Assembly: GCF_028641065.1 (NCBI RefSeq)
Contig: NC_073401.1
Location: 23,126,001-23,190,000 of the forward strand
DNA length: 64,000 nt
Direction: 5' to 3'
DNA from: Leucoraja erinacea
Lineage: Eukaryota
Below are positions 51,279-63,242 of the stretch, one piece after another (the first letter of the stretch is position 1; the number at the start of each line of letters is the position of its first letter). Made by a program: the position numbers and the translations under genes. A model generated the notes under the pieces. The model was not told where the DNA came from. It saw only the letters and a program-made list of their open reading frames with translations, and did no database searches.

Positions 51279-52270
51279 CAGTGGTTCTTAACCTGGGGGT
51301 CGTGACCCCCATGTGGGTCATTTGGGGTTTTCTGGGGGTCATGAAGGGGTTGTAAATATTGTTGAGCCGATGTTTAGGAACCTAACAAAGGTACATACCA
51401 CACACAGTATTTTGTTCTCATCTGTGCGTATGTATACACAGGGCCTATGAGAGGTGGGTGCAGAGGTACAACGTACCCGGACCCGGAGTCCAAAAGGGGG
51501 CCCGGGAATTTCCTGAAATCTCAGAAAATGTTTGCATATATTTTGTGAAGACTAACATTCATATCTTATGTAAGCCTACATAGTTTTATACAGGCACGGA
51601 AATGGCTATCAAAACATGGGGGACACACACACAATTTCTTGGTGGCCATGCGCGCGCATGAGCACACACACGAGGCTTCGGCCATGGGCCCTGTGGACGG
51701 TAACATCGGGAGCTGATCAGGTTGGTAGACCGACTCCGAACTCCAGCAACAGCAGCTTCGTCCGCCCCGAATCCGCCCATTCGCGGGGCCTTTCATCGGG
51801 AGCCTCGATGCAGCAGTTTGATTTTAACCCCGCCGGGCGCTGAAAAGCCCCGCGAATGGGCTGATTCAGCCGTTAGAAAGCGTCTGATAAAGTGCACATT
51901 ACAAAACATTGGGTGGGATTGCCCCCTCGCCCCCCCCCCCCCCCTCAGGATTACCGCCCATGGTTTTATACACCGTAATTCGTAGAAATTGTGATCTATA
52001 ATAAAGCAGGGAATTTTAACAAGCGGGTGTGTGGTCGGGGTAACCTGATTAAAAGAGGGAAAAGGGGAAGACCCATCACTACTGAGGTTCCCTGTAGGAG
52101 GGGAGCACTAGGACCTAACAGAGTCAGACCACGTGCTGTCAGCATGGTGGAGGTTGTGGGCCAGTGCTGCATCTGGAGCTCTGGTGAGTTGACGGCTCAG
52201 GCCCGCTGGTGGCTGGTGGAGAGGCGAGGGTTGGCGGAGTCGCTGGTCGAGGCCCGTGGTGAGTCGAAGT
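51279..52270. mobile_element. Nested non-autonomous DNA-transposon fragments replacing the central part of the hAT transposase
   Basis: Charlie-type start CAGTGGTTCTTAACCTGGGGGTCGTGACCCC at 51279; second CAGGGCC-type start at ~51439; GC-rich hairpin 51769-51867; right boundaries unresolved. Confidence 0.5.
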
Positions 52271-53927
52271 AGAGATACATGGCCAGGCCACTGTAGAAGG
52301 TGGCTTTTCAATCAATCGTTAAGTGGAAACTGACAACCTCAGTTGCTGCACAGCGTATTATCTGTGACCATGCAGCATCGGTCGGTTACAAGAACATAGA
52401 ACTGACAAAATCATTGCTTCTTTCAGCTTCCAGTGCACACCACAGGTATATGGCACACCTTGATGATAAGCAGAAAGCCAAGAAGAATGTGACCATGCAG
52501 CAAAAAAGAAATGCTTTGATGGCAGAACTAGATCAGATGAACTGCAAGAAGAGGTGTTTGGAAGAAGACATCAGGGCATTAACAGAGAGTGCTGATACAT
52601 ATGCTGAGAAGGCAGAAACATCAAGAAGCTTCACCATGATCACCAAGTCCAACAGCATGTGCAGATCTGCCAGTGAAAATAGTGTTGAGCTGAAAAAAGT
52701 GCAACAAAACATAGAAGACAAACTCACTGAAATAAAAAACTTCTAAAGAAGAGCTTGAAAAATGAAATAGCAAAGTTTTCCATTATCATGGTTTCAGATT
52801 GAACAACTAAGAGATGTGAAAATGGTGCTCTATTGAAGTACGACTATAGATAACTTAACCATCTTTTGTGTAATTATTATGTAGTTTAGTGTCGTTCCGT
52901 GCAACCTGGGCTAATGAATTGACTGATCACCTTCTCAGATTTCCCTGAAAATCAGTGTTTGTACATCAGAGCACACAACAGAAAACAAGGTCTCAACTCT
53001 AAATTTCAATGGGCATTTGGCAATAATTCGAGTTATATCAATGGTTCATAACTTCAAAGGAACCTTGAGTTGAAAGTTGATTTTTTTCTGCAGTTCTTTG
53101 TACAGGGTACCAGAGGTGTGCAAAACATGATTTTCAATCAAATCTGAGATGGTGACCAGCCAACCTTCTTATTTACTTTTAATTGGTACAGAATCAAATC
53201 ATCCAATATCAAGCAATTTATATACAAGTCTCTGATAAGCCATCAATGTTTGCTGGATTTTTGTCCTTGAAAATCGGATTTTTGGACCTTGAAAGACCTT
53301 GAATTTATAGCTGTTCCAAGTGTACGAACCGTTTACATTAAAGAGGATATCACTTTAAATCATGTAAATCACACTTCCAATATGGCTTTTTTAAAAATTA
53401 TGTGCTGTTCACACCGGTCATATGTATTTCAAGGTTTGTTATATTTAAAATCCAAATTCTCTTCCCATGCTCTCCACCTCGGAGTGAAATAGCTATAACA
53501 AACAATGTCGAAAACTCAAGGGCATTTAAAGATATATACTGCATCTACACATGACTGCCATGTTCCCAAACAAAAAGTTAGAAATATTGAACTTTGCAGA
53601 CTAATAGCTTGGGATTATTTAAAGCATCGTAAGTAACAAGATCATTCTGAAAACTAGCACTGCTCACTGAGATATGTAACCATTGTCTTATGTTAAGTAG
53701 AACAACAGACGCTGCCATATTACCTGCACAGGAAACCATTGCTGGTATAAAAATAAGGACCTTTTCCTTACATTTTTGGTCTTCAGCAGTAATGATTGGT
53801 TCAATGACATGGATTCTCAACCGCTTTCTACCAAAATGAAAATTCCAAAAGACGACTCCTTTTTGATTCAGTAGGGTTCTCTGGTTAGAGTCAGTAATTC
53901 CAGGGACGGTTGAAGGCATTGCCTCCC

Positions 53928-54126
53928 TCATGGGCTCCCTGGAGGGGTGGCAAATCCTGAGCTGTCACTGTCACTGACGGCTGGAGATCGTGGAGCACTC
54001 TCAACAGGGCTCTTAGCATTACGAAATTTATCTAACAAAGTTGTATTAAAGGCAGATGCAGGAGTGCTCATTTCCCCTTGAGCTGCATTGTCCTTGGGAG
54101 TTTTGGATGGAGTCCCACCAGGAGAT
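53928..54126 (-). CDS. PRR11-like proline-rich protein, coding exon 6 (last)
   Basis: Acceptor CTCTTTTAG|A; (R)SPGGTPSKTPKDNAAQGEMSTPASAFNTTLLDKFRNAKSPVESAPRSPAVSDSDSSGFATPPGSP*; phase 2 matches exon 5. Confidence 0.85.
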
Positions 54127-54838
54127 CTAAAAGAGGAGGCGACAGGAATTAGTAAAGTGCATTGAGTGGAGAATAGTTACTAATAAATGACGTGCATTAA
54201 AGCAATCTCGACCACATATAGGCAATAAGTACCAGGTGAGGCATGCTTATTGATTGGGGTCTGGCCACACCACCATAACTAAATGTAGCGTGGGTTGTGG
54301 TGACGGAGAGGGTTCCATGGGTGTGAGGTTGTTCCGATCGCTGGCCCGATGGTGTGCATTTTCCCCCTCCAGGTACCTACTCGCCTTCTCTCCCTTCTGT
54401 GTGAGACCAATGTTGATCTAATGGTAGCTACCACCCTCTCTAATGCACTCAATGTATAACAAATGAAGAGAAGGACTCCAGGAAATTGATGGTATCTGAA
54501 TGACCCAAGTCCTTTTTATAAAATTCAAACTTGGGGTTAAAGCATTAATAATTAGATACTTGGAATGTTCGGACTCTCCAACATAATGTCAGAAAGGCTT
54601 TATATATCTCAAGAAAACAGAAGCAAATATTTCTGTGGACAGTTCTATCACCTATTAATATGGCACTGTGTGAAAGTAGAACCTATCTATTCACTTTTGC
54701 AGCTCACAGAATTATACAGCACAGATATGTCCTTTGGATCACCATTCTATGCCAGCCATGGTGCCCATCTATACATCGCACTTACCAGCATTTGATCTCT
54801 GGCCTTGTGTGCCTACATTTAAACATAAGTCTACATAC

Positions 54839-54952
54839 CTGTCCACCCCTGTTGAACGAAGCCTCTGAAAATGGTTTGCAGCCAGCAGCTCAGAGTAGAT
54901 ACTGACAGGATGACGGTTGTCGGCATTTCCAGTGTCTCTCAGGTCCCCAATA
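54839..54952 (-). CDS. PRR11-like protein, coding exon 5
   Basis: TTTTTAG| ... AG|GTATGT; 114 nt, phase 2-2; (S)IGDLRDTGNADNRHPVSIYSELLAANHFQRLRSTGVD(R). Confidence 0.8.
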
Positions 54953-55609
54953 CTAAAAACAGATTAATTAACAAAGTAAATTTGAGCAGCCACCAAAAAC
55001 ACATTATAATCAGTGGGAACAAAGATGGTTATTACGTTTCAGAAATCGAGTTTTAATCTTTCTTGTTTTGTACACAACGATTCAAGCTCATTAGTAGCAA
55101 CGATTTTAAGATACTTAACGATTTTAAGATACCGAGTAAGTGACAAATTATTTTAGGTACCAGCCAATCTACCATGTTCTTCAACCGAAGAGACTAAGTC
55201 TATATTCTAAAGTTTAGAAGAATGAGGTGTCTAGAATCAGGTATCAGTCTCAAATGAAGCGTTGAACAATCACAAAGATGAGAATGTTATGCATAGAATT
55301 ATGGAATTCACAGTCCAAGTGGCAAAGGTAAATCGCCCAAAGAGCAAGTGTTTCTATCCGAGGTTTATACAAGTTCCCCTGGCAGTAAATGGCTCCAAGA
55401 GTTATGAATTAAAAGGTCCTTGGTATAGTTCCAAATACCTAGTTAATAAAATTTGAACCTGTAGCACATTGGGTTTCTGTTAACCTCCCATGACTTCCCC
55501 ACTCCCAAAGGGATCTGGAATCGTGGAAGTACCACTTTAGTCTGCAGGATTCACATTTTTCATGTTTGGCAGTGCCATGGATGTATCAGATTACATTGGA
55601 TAGCTGTAG

Positions 55610-56290
55610 GAAGGAACTAGATGTTGGTGTACACCGAAGATGGACACAAAATGCTGGAGTAACTCAACGGGACAGGCAGCATCTCTGGGAAGAAGGAATG
55701 AGTAACATTTTGGGTTGAGACCCTTCTTTTCCATAAAAATGCTTAAAATGCTCGACACATCAGGCAGCATCTATCAGAGTACATGTATTACTGCTTGGTA
55801 CGCAATGTTTTGCCTTAGTTAAATCAGCAGCATAGGTTATTGCAAAAACAGCTGAGCAATGGGTTTTACACTCCAAGTATTTCCCTGGCTGTGCAGCAGC
55901 GACCCAATGTAGACACAAAATGCTGGAGTAGACCTTTCATTTTTTCAGAGTGATACAGCATGGAAACTGACTCATTCGGCCAAACTTGCCCATACATGTC
56001 CCAGCTACACTAGTTCCACCTGCCCATGTTTGCACCATATCCTACCAAACCTGTCCTATCCATGTGCCTTAAAGATTGGGATAGTCCCAGCCTCAACTAC
56101 CTCCTCTGGCAGCTTGTTCCATACACCCACTACCCGTTGTATGAAAAAGTTACCCCTCAGATTCCTATTAAATCTTTTCCCCTTCATCTTAAACCTATGT
56201 CCTCTGGTCCTTGATTCCCCTACTCTGGGCAAGATTCTGTGCATCTACCCAATCTATTCCTCTCACGAGTTTATGCATATCTCATGACTT
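55610..56290. mobile_element. Penelope-like terminal-repeat pieces (55610-55775, ~55910) and CR1 3' end (55945-56290, minus)
   Basis: GACACAAAATGCTGGAGTAACTC...GAGACCCTTCTT; minus ORF SRTRGHRFKMKG...FFIQRVVGVWNKLP. Confidence 0.75.
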
Positions 56291-57491
56291 TGTACACAAA
56301 TCAGGTTTTCTGTTTCAGTTTCAGATTTAGAGCACTGTTTGCTCGGGTGCTGAAATGTTCAAGGCTAAAAACACCAGGTTTTGACAATGGAATTAAAAGG
56401 TTTGGGGATAACATGAATTTGAGGTAACAGATCAGGCACAATCGTATTGAATTGCAGAGTAGGTGTGAGGGACTGCTGGCTTCAATCTCCAGGTTATCAT
56501 AATTCTTCCATAACATGAATGTGTGTGTGATTTTTCCAAATCGTAACATTACATACATCTTCCATTATTTACATAGAATATTTCCTTAAACTGAATTTTT
56601 GTAAAACATTAAATTACACTAATTTTATGCTGGATATCCACCTTTACCATTAAACTCATATCCAGAACCGATACTCTTTGATCCACTCATTTTTACCATA
56701 TTCATTAAGAACTTTCACTCCACTAGGGACACAAAACCATGGATATTTTCATTCAGATGTATAATGTAGTTGTGTGAGCAAAGTGTTCAAGGATTACCGT
56801 GCACACAATTCATACTGACTCGTGACATGCACTATCTTGGCAAGTTCAGAATATTGTTTTTATATGCTATAATTTTAATGTCATTTTCTTATTTTAAATG
56901 TGGGAGATATACAAACTGCATTCTATTAGGAGTGCTCCTAGCCACAATTAACCTCCAAATTGTTTCCTTCACATAATTGCAATCTCCACATTCTTGCCTT
57001 AAGAGCATCGCTCATCTTTTCAGTTATTTATTCCTACACAGTGTCTAACACGATGCAACAAAGGATTTGTATTTATAAAGTCAGAGCAACTTTGTAACTG
57101 ATTCTATTTATTTTTGTGATAACCCGCTATACCCAAGTCCTTATATAAATAAACAAGTGTCAATATTGGCTCACTGGTGATAAAACTGTGTTCCAAGCAC
57201 CAAGTTTTAATGGAAAAGAAAATGAATGGGAGCATATGTTTAAAGTTTGCCCTTAGCTATCATGTGTTTGTGGAATAGTGGGATGCACTGATCCAAAAGG
57301 CTTCAACGCCTTGATGTTGTTGCTCTTTATGGTCAGTGACATTGAACAGCCTGCACTGGTTAATTGTGCCCCCATGTTGCACACTGACACAACTGACCAC
57401 CAGTCATGTTCATGTGAGAAACGCCAACGGTTTAGCTTCAAATGTTAACATGTAGTAACTATGCTTCAAATTAAATGTTGCACCCTCTCAC

Positions 57492-57568
57492 CTTTTCGAA
57501 CGTCGATTCAGTCTGGCCAGTCCATAACTCTCCAGTAGGTCTGGGGTTGCCATGACCATTTGTCCTTC
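57492..57568 (-). CDS. PRR11-like protein, coding exon 4
   Basis: CTCATCTTGCAG| ... AAAG|GTGAGA; 77 nt, phase 0-2; EGQMVMATPDLLESYGLARLNRRSK. Confidence 0.8.
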
Positions 57569-58085
57569 CTGCAAGATGAGAGAAAAGCAACAGAGACGGC
57601 ACTTTAAATTTATCAAAGTAGTTGTGAAGCACTTGACCCAAGGTGCGTGATTTTTCTTAAAGTCAAAAACGCAAAACTTCCCAGCTCCTTCTGGCAAGGT
57701 CTACTTTTCTTTCCAGGGCATTCATTTTTTCTGAACACAAAACTTTGGGTTTGTCAATACAGGTGACCCCATATTATGGCTGTTCAGACAACAGAAATTC
57801 ATATATCACTACCCAAAAATTTAAGATATAGAATAAAATTCGCTCTCACAAAATTTAAGTGAAAAAAGTAAAATCAACACAAATTTATTTATTTAAACTC
57901 ATGTTTCTGACATTTGTGTAGATGACGTGGTTTTGTGTTACAGGTAATTGCTATCTGGAACATTTCCTAGCAACGCAACCTCATTGTGATGTGGGGTTTG
58001 CCTGCAACCGCTCCCACGCCACACCGTCAGCCACTAAGCTAAAACAAAATGCATTTGTGGTTTTGCTTCAAGCATGGCTACTTAC

Positions 58086-58327
58086 TGTGCAGAGGTTGGA
58101 CTTGTCTTTCAGAGGGGTTTTGAGCGGCAGATTACGGAAGGATAGAATTGGTAGTGGTGGTGGTGTTGGAGGAGGAGGGGGAGGGGGAGGAAGAAGAGGA
58201 GGGGGAGGAGCAGGAGGAACCGTAGCAGCCAATACAGGTCGGCAGGAACCCGTCTTTGTAGAATTCTCGGCCTGCTCCTTCTGCCTCTTTTCAGCTAGTC
58301 GCTTAGACGTTCTTGGTCCTTTGGCCT
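58086..58327 (-). CDS. PRR11-like protein, coding exon 3 (polyproline)
   Basis: TTTTATAG| ... ACA|GTAAGT; 242 nt, phase 1-0; (E)AKGPRTSKRLAEKRQKE...PPAPPPPLLPPPPPPPPTPPPLP...KTPLKDKSNLCT. Confidence 0.85.
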
Positions 58328-58352
58328 CTATAAAACACAAACATCCCAATGA

Positions 58353-59935
58353 ACTGGAGTCAATTATTAAAGAGGTAATAATGGGGCATTTGGATAGCAG
58401 TAAAAGGATTAGTCCAAGTCAGCAAGGATTTATGAAAGGAAAATCATGCTCAGCTAATCTTCTGGAATTTTTTGAGGATGTGACAAGTAAAATGGGTGAA
58501 GGGGAGCCAGTGGATGCAGTGTATCTAGACTTTCAGAAAGCCTTTGATAAGGTCCCGCACGGGACACTGGTGACTAAAATTAGAGCACATGGTATTGGAG
58601 GTAGGGTGTTGACGTGGATAGAAAATTGGTTGGCAGACAGGAAGCAAAGAGTAGGAGTGAACGGGTCCTTTTCAGAATGGCAGGCAGTGGCGAGTGGAGT
58701 GCCGCAAGGCTCGGTGTTGGGGCCGCAACTGTTTACCATATATATTAATGATTTGGAAGAGGGAATTAGGAGCAACACTAGCAAGTTTGCGGATGACACA
58801 AAGCTGGGTGGCAGTGTGAACTGTGAAGAGGATGTTAGGAGGTTGCAGGGTGACCTGGACAGGTTGAGTGAGTGGGCAGATGGGCAGATGCAGTATAATA
58901 TAGATAAATGTGAGGTTATCCACTTTGGTGGCAAAAACAAGGGGTCAGATTATTATCTCAATGGGGTTAGGTTAGGTAAGGGGGAGGTACAGCAAAAACA
59001 AATTAAGGGGGCCAGATTATTACCGCCATTCAAATGATCATGGGGTTAGTATCCCGTTAGGTACCCCCTGATCCCCTTAGGGAGGGTACATCTAACTCCC
59101 TCTTAAAAGACTTGTGTGTACCCTCTGTTGTACAGTTCCAGAGATTCACCACTCTCTGTGTGAAAAAAGTTGGCGCACAGGTTTTAAAGCATCCTTAAGC
59201 TGTGACCCCTTGTCCTGGACTCCCCAAATGGAATCCTGGCCTTCATAACAATTTTGTAAGTTTCTTGGGTGTCCTTTCAGTGAAAGTTGGGAGTACAGCA
59301 GGCAGAGCTAATGGGTTCTTCTAACAAGAGGATTTGTATTAGGGGTTCTTCTGCTGTTTAGGGCTCTGGTAGACCACATCTGGAGTATTGCATACAGTTT
59401 TGGTCTCCTAATTTGAGGAAGGACATCCTTGTGATTGAGGCAGTGCAGCGTAGGTTCACGAGATTGATCCCTGGGATGGCGGGACTGTCAGATGAGGAAA
59501 CATTGAAAAGACTAGGCTTGTATTCACTGGAGTTTAGAATGATGAGGAGATATCTTATAGAAACATATAAAATTATAAAAGGACTGGACAAGCTAGATGC
59601 AGGAAAAATGGTCCCAATGTTGGGTGAGTCCAGAACCAGGAGCCAGTCTTAGAATAAAGGGGAGGCCATTTAAGACTGAGGTGAGAAAAAACTTTTTCAC
59701 ACAGAGTTGTGAATTTGTGGAATTCCCTGCCACAGAGGGCAGTGGAGGCCAAATCACTGGATGGATTTAAGAAAGAGTTAGATAGAGCTCTAGGGGCTAG
59801 TGGAATCAAGGGATATGGGGAGAAGGCAGGCACGGGTTATTGATTGGGGAAGATTAGCCATGATCGCAATGAATGGTGGTGCTGGCTCGAAGGGCCAAAT
59901 GGCCTCCTCCTGCACCTATTTTCTATGTTTCTATG
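58353..59935 (+). mobile_element. CR1 LINE, 5'-truncated, with a scrambled segment at ~58995-59355
   Basis: QQGFMKGKSC, YLDFQKAFDKVPH, SGVPQGSVLGP.LF.IYINDL, KFADDTKLGG; 3' tail TTCTATGTTTCTATG. Confidence 0.92.
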
Positions 59936-61029
59936 AACTCTGAATATCAGTGGTGCCTAAATCAATGAATGGTGGCTGTGACGCTAATAAGGTCATGCAG
60001 AAAATACACACAAAGGGCACCAATCAGTTTACGCTCAGTCATTGTGGCACTATCACATTGGAGATGTTGGCAAGTTTGATTAACCTGGAGGGAAATTACA
60101 GCATGTGGTCACTGGCATGCCAATTTTCATGGAGAGGTGATGCACTAAGATAGATGGAAGTGGGATTCGTCTCAAAGCAAGGAGGGGCTGAATAACCGCC
60201 TTTCATGTCATACATTGCTGAGAGATTTCATAATTAGAACAAATCCCAATAAATAAAATAAAATCAAGGAAAACTAAAATATTTGCTCTCTCCAAATGCC
60301 TAAAGATCAATAATTTCTCAATATCCATTATATATTGGTCCCTCAATTACTTCATTTCAGTGTCATATAGTTCCGTCCCAACAGCATTTGAAGAGAAAAC
60401 ATGCTTCCGTTGGATGTAACTTGTTTAACACGAAGTGTCCAACAGAGGGTCTCCTTACCGAGAGGAAAATGCCTCAGCCCCAAATACATCATCAAAAAAA
60501 GTCGTCCTGAGGACTAATGTGAAGCACATCACACATAGTACACCAGTAACACCACTTATCCGTGCTCATACATAGAGAAAAAAACACACCATTCCAGTGC
60601 AGGGATTTAGCTTTCGCTCTGCATATGGAGAAAGGCTTCAGCATTTAAGACGTGCCTTTTGGTTATTGCAGAACTGCAAACCAATTCATGAAGATTTCTC
60701 CTAATAACCATCTTAGCTCCCATTTCAATTTGTTTTTGTTGTATAGCTACTGCAATGAAAACATTTGGAAATAAAATGCTGATGTTAGCTTCACTCAAAG
60801 AGTGTGCCTTGAAGTGGTGAAACTAGGTGTCCTCTAAATACGAGAAGGCGTCTGTCTATTTTGTTAATCCACAAAGAAATATTGTGATGATCGACAACGC
60901 TTTTGGATGGGTTTTCTGAATATATTTGATTTCATCAGCTAAATTCACTTGTTATGCCATAACCTTTGATCAACTTTCTATTGAATTGTAAACTGAAAAT
61001 CTTCCCAATTCTTCTTTCTAATGTCCTAT

Positions 61030-61355
61030 GATCACCGTCGGGGTTCGGCGTCAGCGTTCCACCAGCCCGGCGTGAGGGCCTGAACATCGGGCCACCCGGG
61101 GCGGCGACTGCGGGTGCTCGGAAGGCCCCGACCACGGATGGACACGGAGGGGAGGCTGGCTGGACAGCCTTCCCACCTGGGTGCCATTTATGTATGTTGT
61201 GTTGTGGATCAGAATATTTCAATTTTATTTTTAATATGTTTTATTATTTAATTTTCATTAATCTTGTGATTTTTTTTAACGATACTGCCTGTACGGGAAA
61301 TTCATTTCGTTGTCTCAAAGTGAGGCAATGACAATAAAATTTGAATACAATACAA
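61030..61355 (+). mobile_element. Non-autonomous retroposon with GC-rich head and GACAATAAA+(ATACA)n tail
   Basis: CpG-rich 61035-61180; tail ATTTCGTTGTCTC...ATGACAATAAAATTTGAATACAATACAA resembles that of 26756-27187. Confidence 0.6.
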
Positions 61356-61641
61356 GAATACGTATTGAACAGTCTGGATAAACAGCTGCAGCCCCGATAA
61401 TCAGAATACATAAAAATCAGAATATTAATATACCCTGACTGTACACCACACTACATAATCCTGAATTGTTTATGTACAGTCAATGTTTGCCAATTACAAG
61501 GGAAAAATGTGACTACTTTCATGCATATTGCAAGCAAACCATCACATTCTTCCAAACATACTCCTAAATTGCCTACCTATCTCCTCATTAGATTGACTTG
61601 AGATTGAAACTTTGACAATCCATTAAGAATAGCAATCTTAC

Positions 61642-61765
61642 CACAAGCATACATCTGCACTTTCGTCATCTCGTCCTTCAAACCTTGGAGTCTTTCTTGT
61701 AACTCATCAATTTCAACAGCATTGCAGCGGTTCATTTTACCATCCACAGCTGAGAAAAATTTGGC
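61642..61765 (-). CDS. PRR11-like protein, coding exon 2 (predicted coiled coil)
   Basis: TTTCTTTACAG| ... TGTG|GTAAGA; 124 nt, phase 0-1; AKFFSAVDGKMNRCNAVEIDELQERLQGLKDEMTKVQMYAC. Confidence 0.85.
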
Positions 61766-62299
61766 CTGTAAAGAAAGTGTTCATGTTTAATAATTCCAGA
61801 CAAGTTTAATAGTTCTGCATTTATTGCTAACCTTGCAACATTTAATGTGGGAAACGAACAAATTAATGGAACATAGTAATTCAGAGGTCTACCCTCCACA
61901 AAGGCCTAGGCACTAATAATAACGCATTTAAACAGTTTTTAGTACAGGTAGTATAATTTCTCAAGGCACTTCATATCAATGATATTTTGATTACAAAAAA
62001 CCCATTGGACACAGATGCAATGAAGATCTTGACTGCAGTTGCATCACAAGAACATAGACAGAGAGAATACTCAAAACCATAAATTACACAAATTCTACAA
62101 AACAATGAAATAAAAATAAATACACAGAAAAAGGGATTATGCAAAAATGTATAAATTGAACGTCTTTTTTGTTACCTTCAAATGTCAAGGAGAGAGTTGG
62201 TGAGCGGCCATTTTGAAGGACAGAAACCTTTTTTGAAAACTAAAATTGGTAGGATGGTTGCAATAAAGACCAAAAAGATGATAGGAGACTTGTTAGTTA

Positions 62300-62715
62300 G
62301 TGGGAGAAGTTGGACAGACGGATTGTTTTCTCTGTAACACTGGAGGTTGCGGGGAGACCCGATAGAAGTATATAAAATTCAGTCTTAGACAGGATAGACT
62401 GTTAGAAACTTTTTCCTACCAATGGAAAAACTTTTTCCCACCAATGGAGCTGAGCAAAGTTTAAAACAGGTGTGCAGGGCAACATTTAAAGAAAAAAAAA
62501 AAGAGGATGTGAAATGCTGGAAAATGACATTGTGGGTGGAAATTCAGGCAGGTACAACAGTGGCATTTAAGATACATTTGGAGAGACATGTGGATGTGCA
62601 GGGATTGGAGGGATATGGATTATATACAAGGAGATAAGAGGTAGCCTTGGCATCATTTTTGGCACAGACATTGTGGGCTTAAATGCCTGTTCTTGTGTTG
62701 AAAAGTTATATGTTC
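62300..62715 (+). mobile_element. CR1 LINE 3' fragment
   Basis: GGAGGTTGCGGGGAGACCCGATAGAAGTATATAAAAT (RLRGD.IEVYK); CR1 tail. Confidence 0.7.
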
Positions 62716-63017
62716 TAATTTTAAATTGTATTAGTAAAGATAAAGTGGAGAGAAAATAATAGACTAAAATCTCATGGTCTACGCCCAAACGAATATTTTA
62801 AAGAGATAGTTGTAAATAAAATAGGAGTTGTCTCATCGTCAAAAACTGTCAAGATTCTACAACTATGACCATGGTTTGGAGTAAATTAAATGACATTATA
62901 AATAAAGGAGAGACAAAATGGTGGGGGTTCTCAGTCACATATTAGAATAATAATTCTTTGAGTGGTTCCAAGTGTAACTGAAACAACATATCAACCAGCT
63001 TCTGATATCGACAGTAC

Positions 63018-63242
63018 CTTGATGAAAGATTTCAACCCAGCGTTCTCGAGTTCGGCTTGTTTGCGTTTGCGTACAACCTTCTCACACAACGATGGGTTCT
63101 GATCCATTGAGCGAAATAAGTCCTGCAGTGCCTTTTCTGTGTAAGTCATTGCCTCGATGTCAAATTCCTCTTTAGTCATACGTTTACAAAACATCTTACT
63201 CAGAGGATACTCTTGGTCAAATTCTTCCAGAGTTTCCATCAT
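63018..63242 (-). CDS. PRR11-like protein, coding exon 1 (exon starts at 63246)
   Basis: TCCACAG|ACCC ATG ATG G; 225 nt to AAG|GTACTG; MMETLEEFDQEYPLSKMFCKRMTKEEFDIEAMTYTEKALQDLFRSMDQNP...KSFIK. Confidence 0.82.

Larger units (their letters stand above)
49091..53331 (+). mobile_element. Atypical hAT-superfamily DNA transposon (hATx/hAT6-like), decayed, with nested insertions
   Basis: Ends CAGGGCTCGTAC and GTACGAACCG; TTTACA on both flanks (49085-90, 53332-37); transposase relics LFRMMFPD...FQCGEK, LLFDE.LN...KQMD.YVR.W, QFMGH, QISMDGPNVNWKF and HGQATVEGGFSIN (from 52278). Confidence 0.8.

Noticed and set aside
52300-52746. 148-aa coiled-coil ORF as a host gene
   Set aside because: It is the C-terminal part of the hAT transposase, following HGQATVEGGFSIN and inside the TIRs.
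57253-57350. Alternative exon after PRR11-like exon 4
   Set aside because: Weak pyrimidine tract and an early stop; the 54952 exon gives the better continuous homology.
57922-59037. 371-aa plus-strand ORF with poly-Gly fused to a reverse transcriptase
   Set aside because: Chance fusion of the antisense of the polyproline exon with a truncated CR1 RT; not a domesticated gene.
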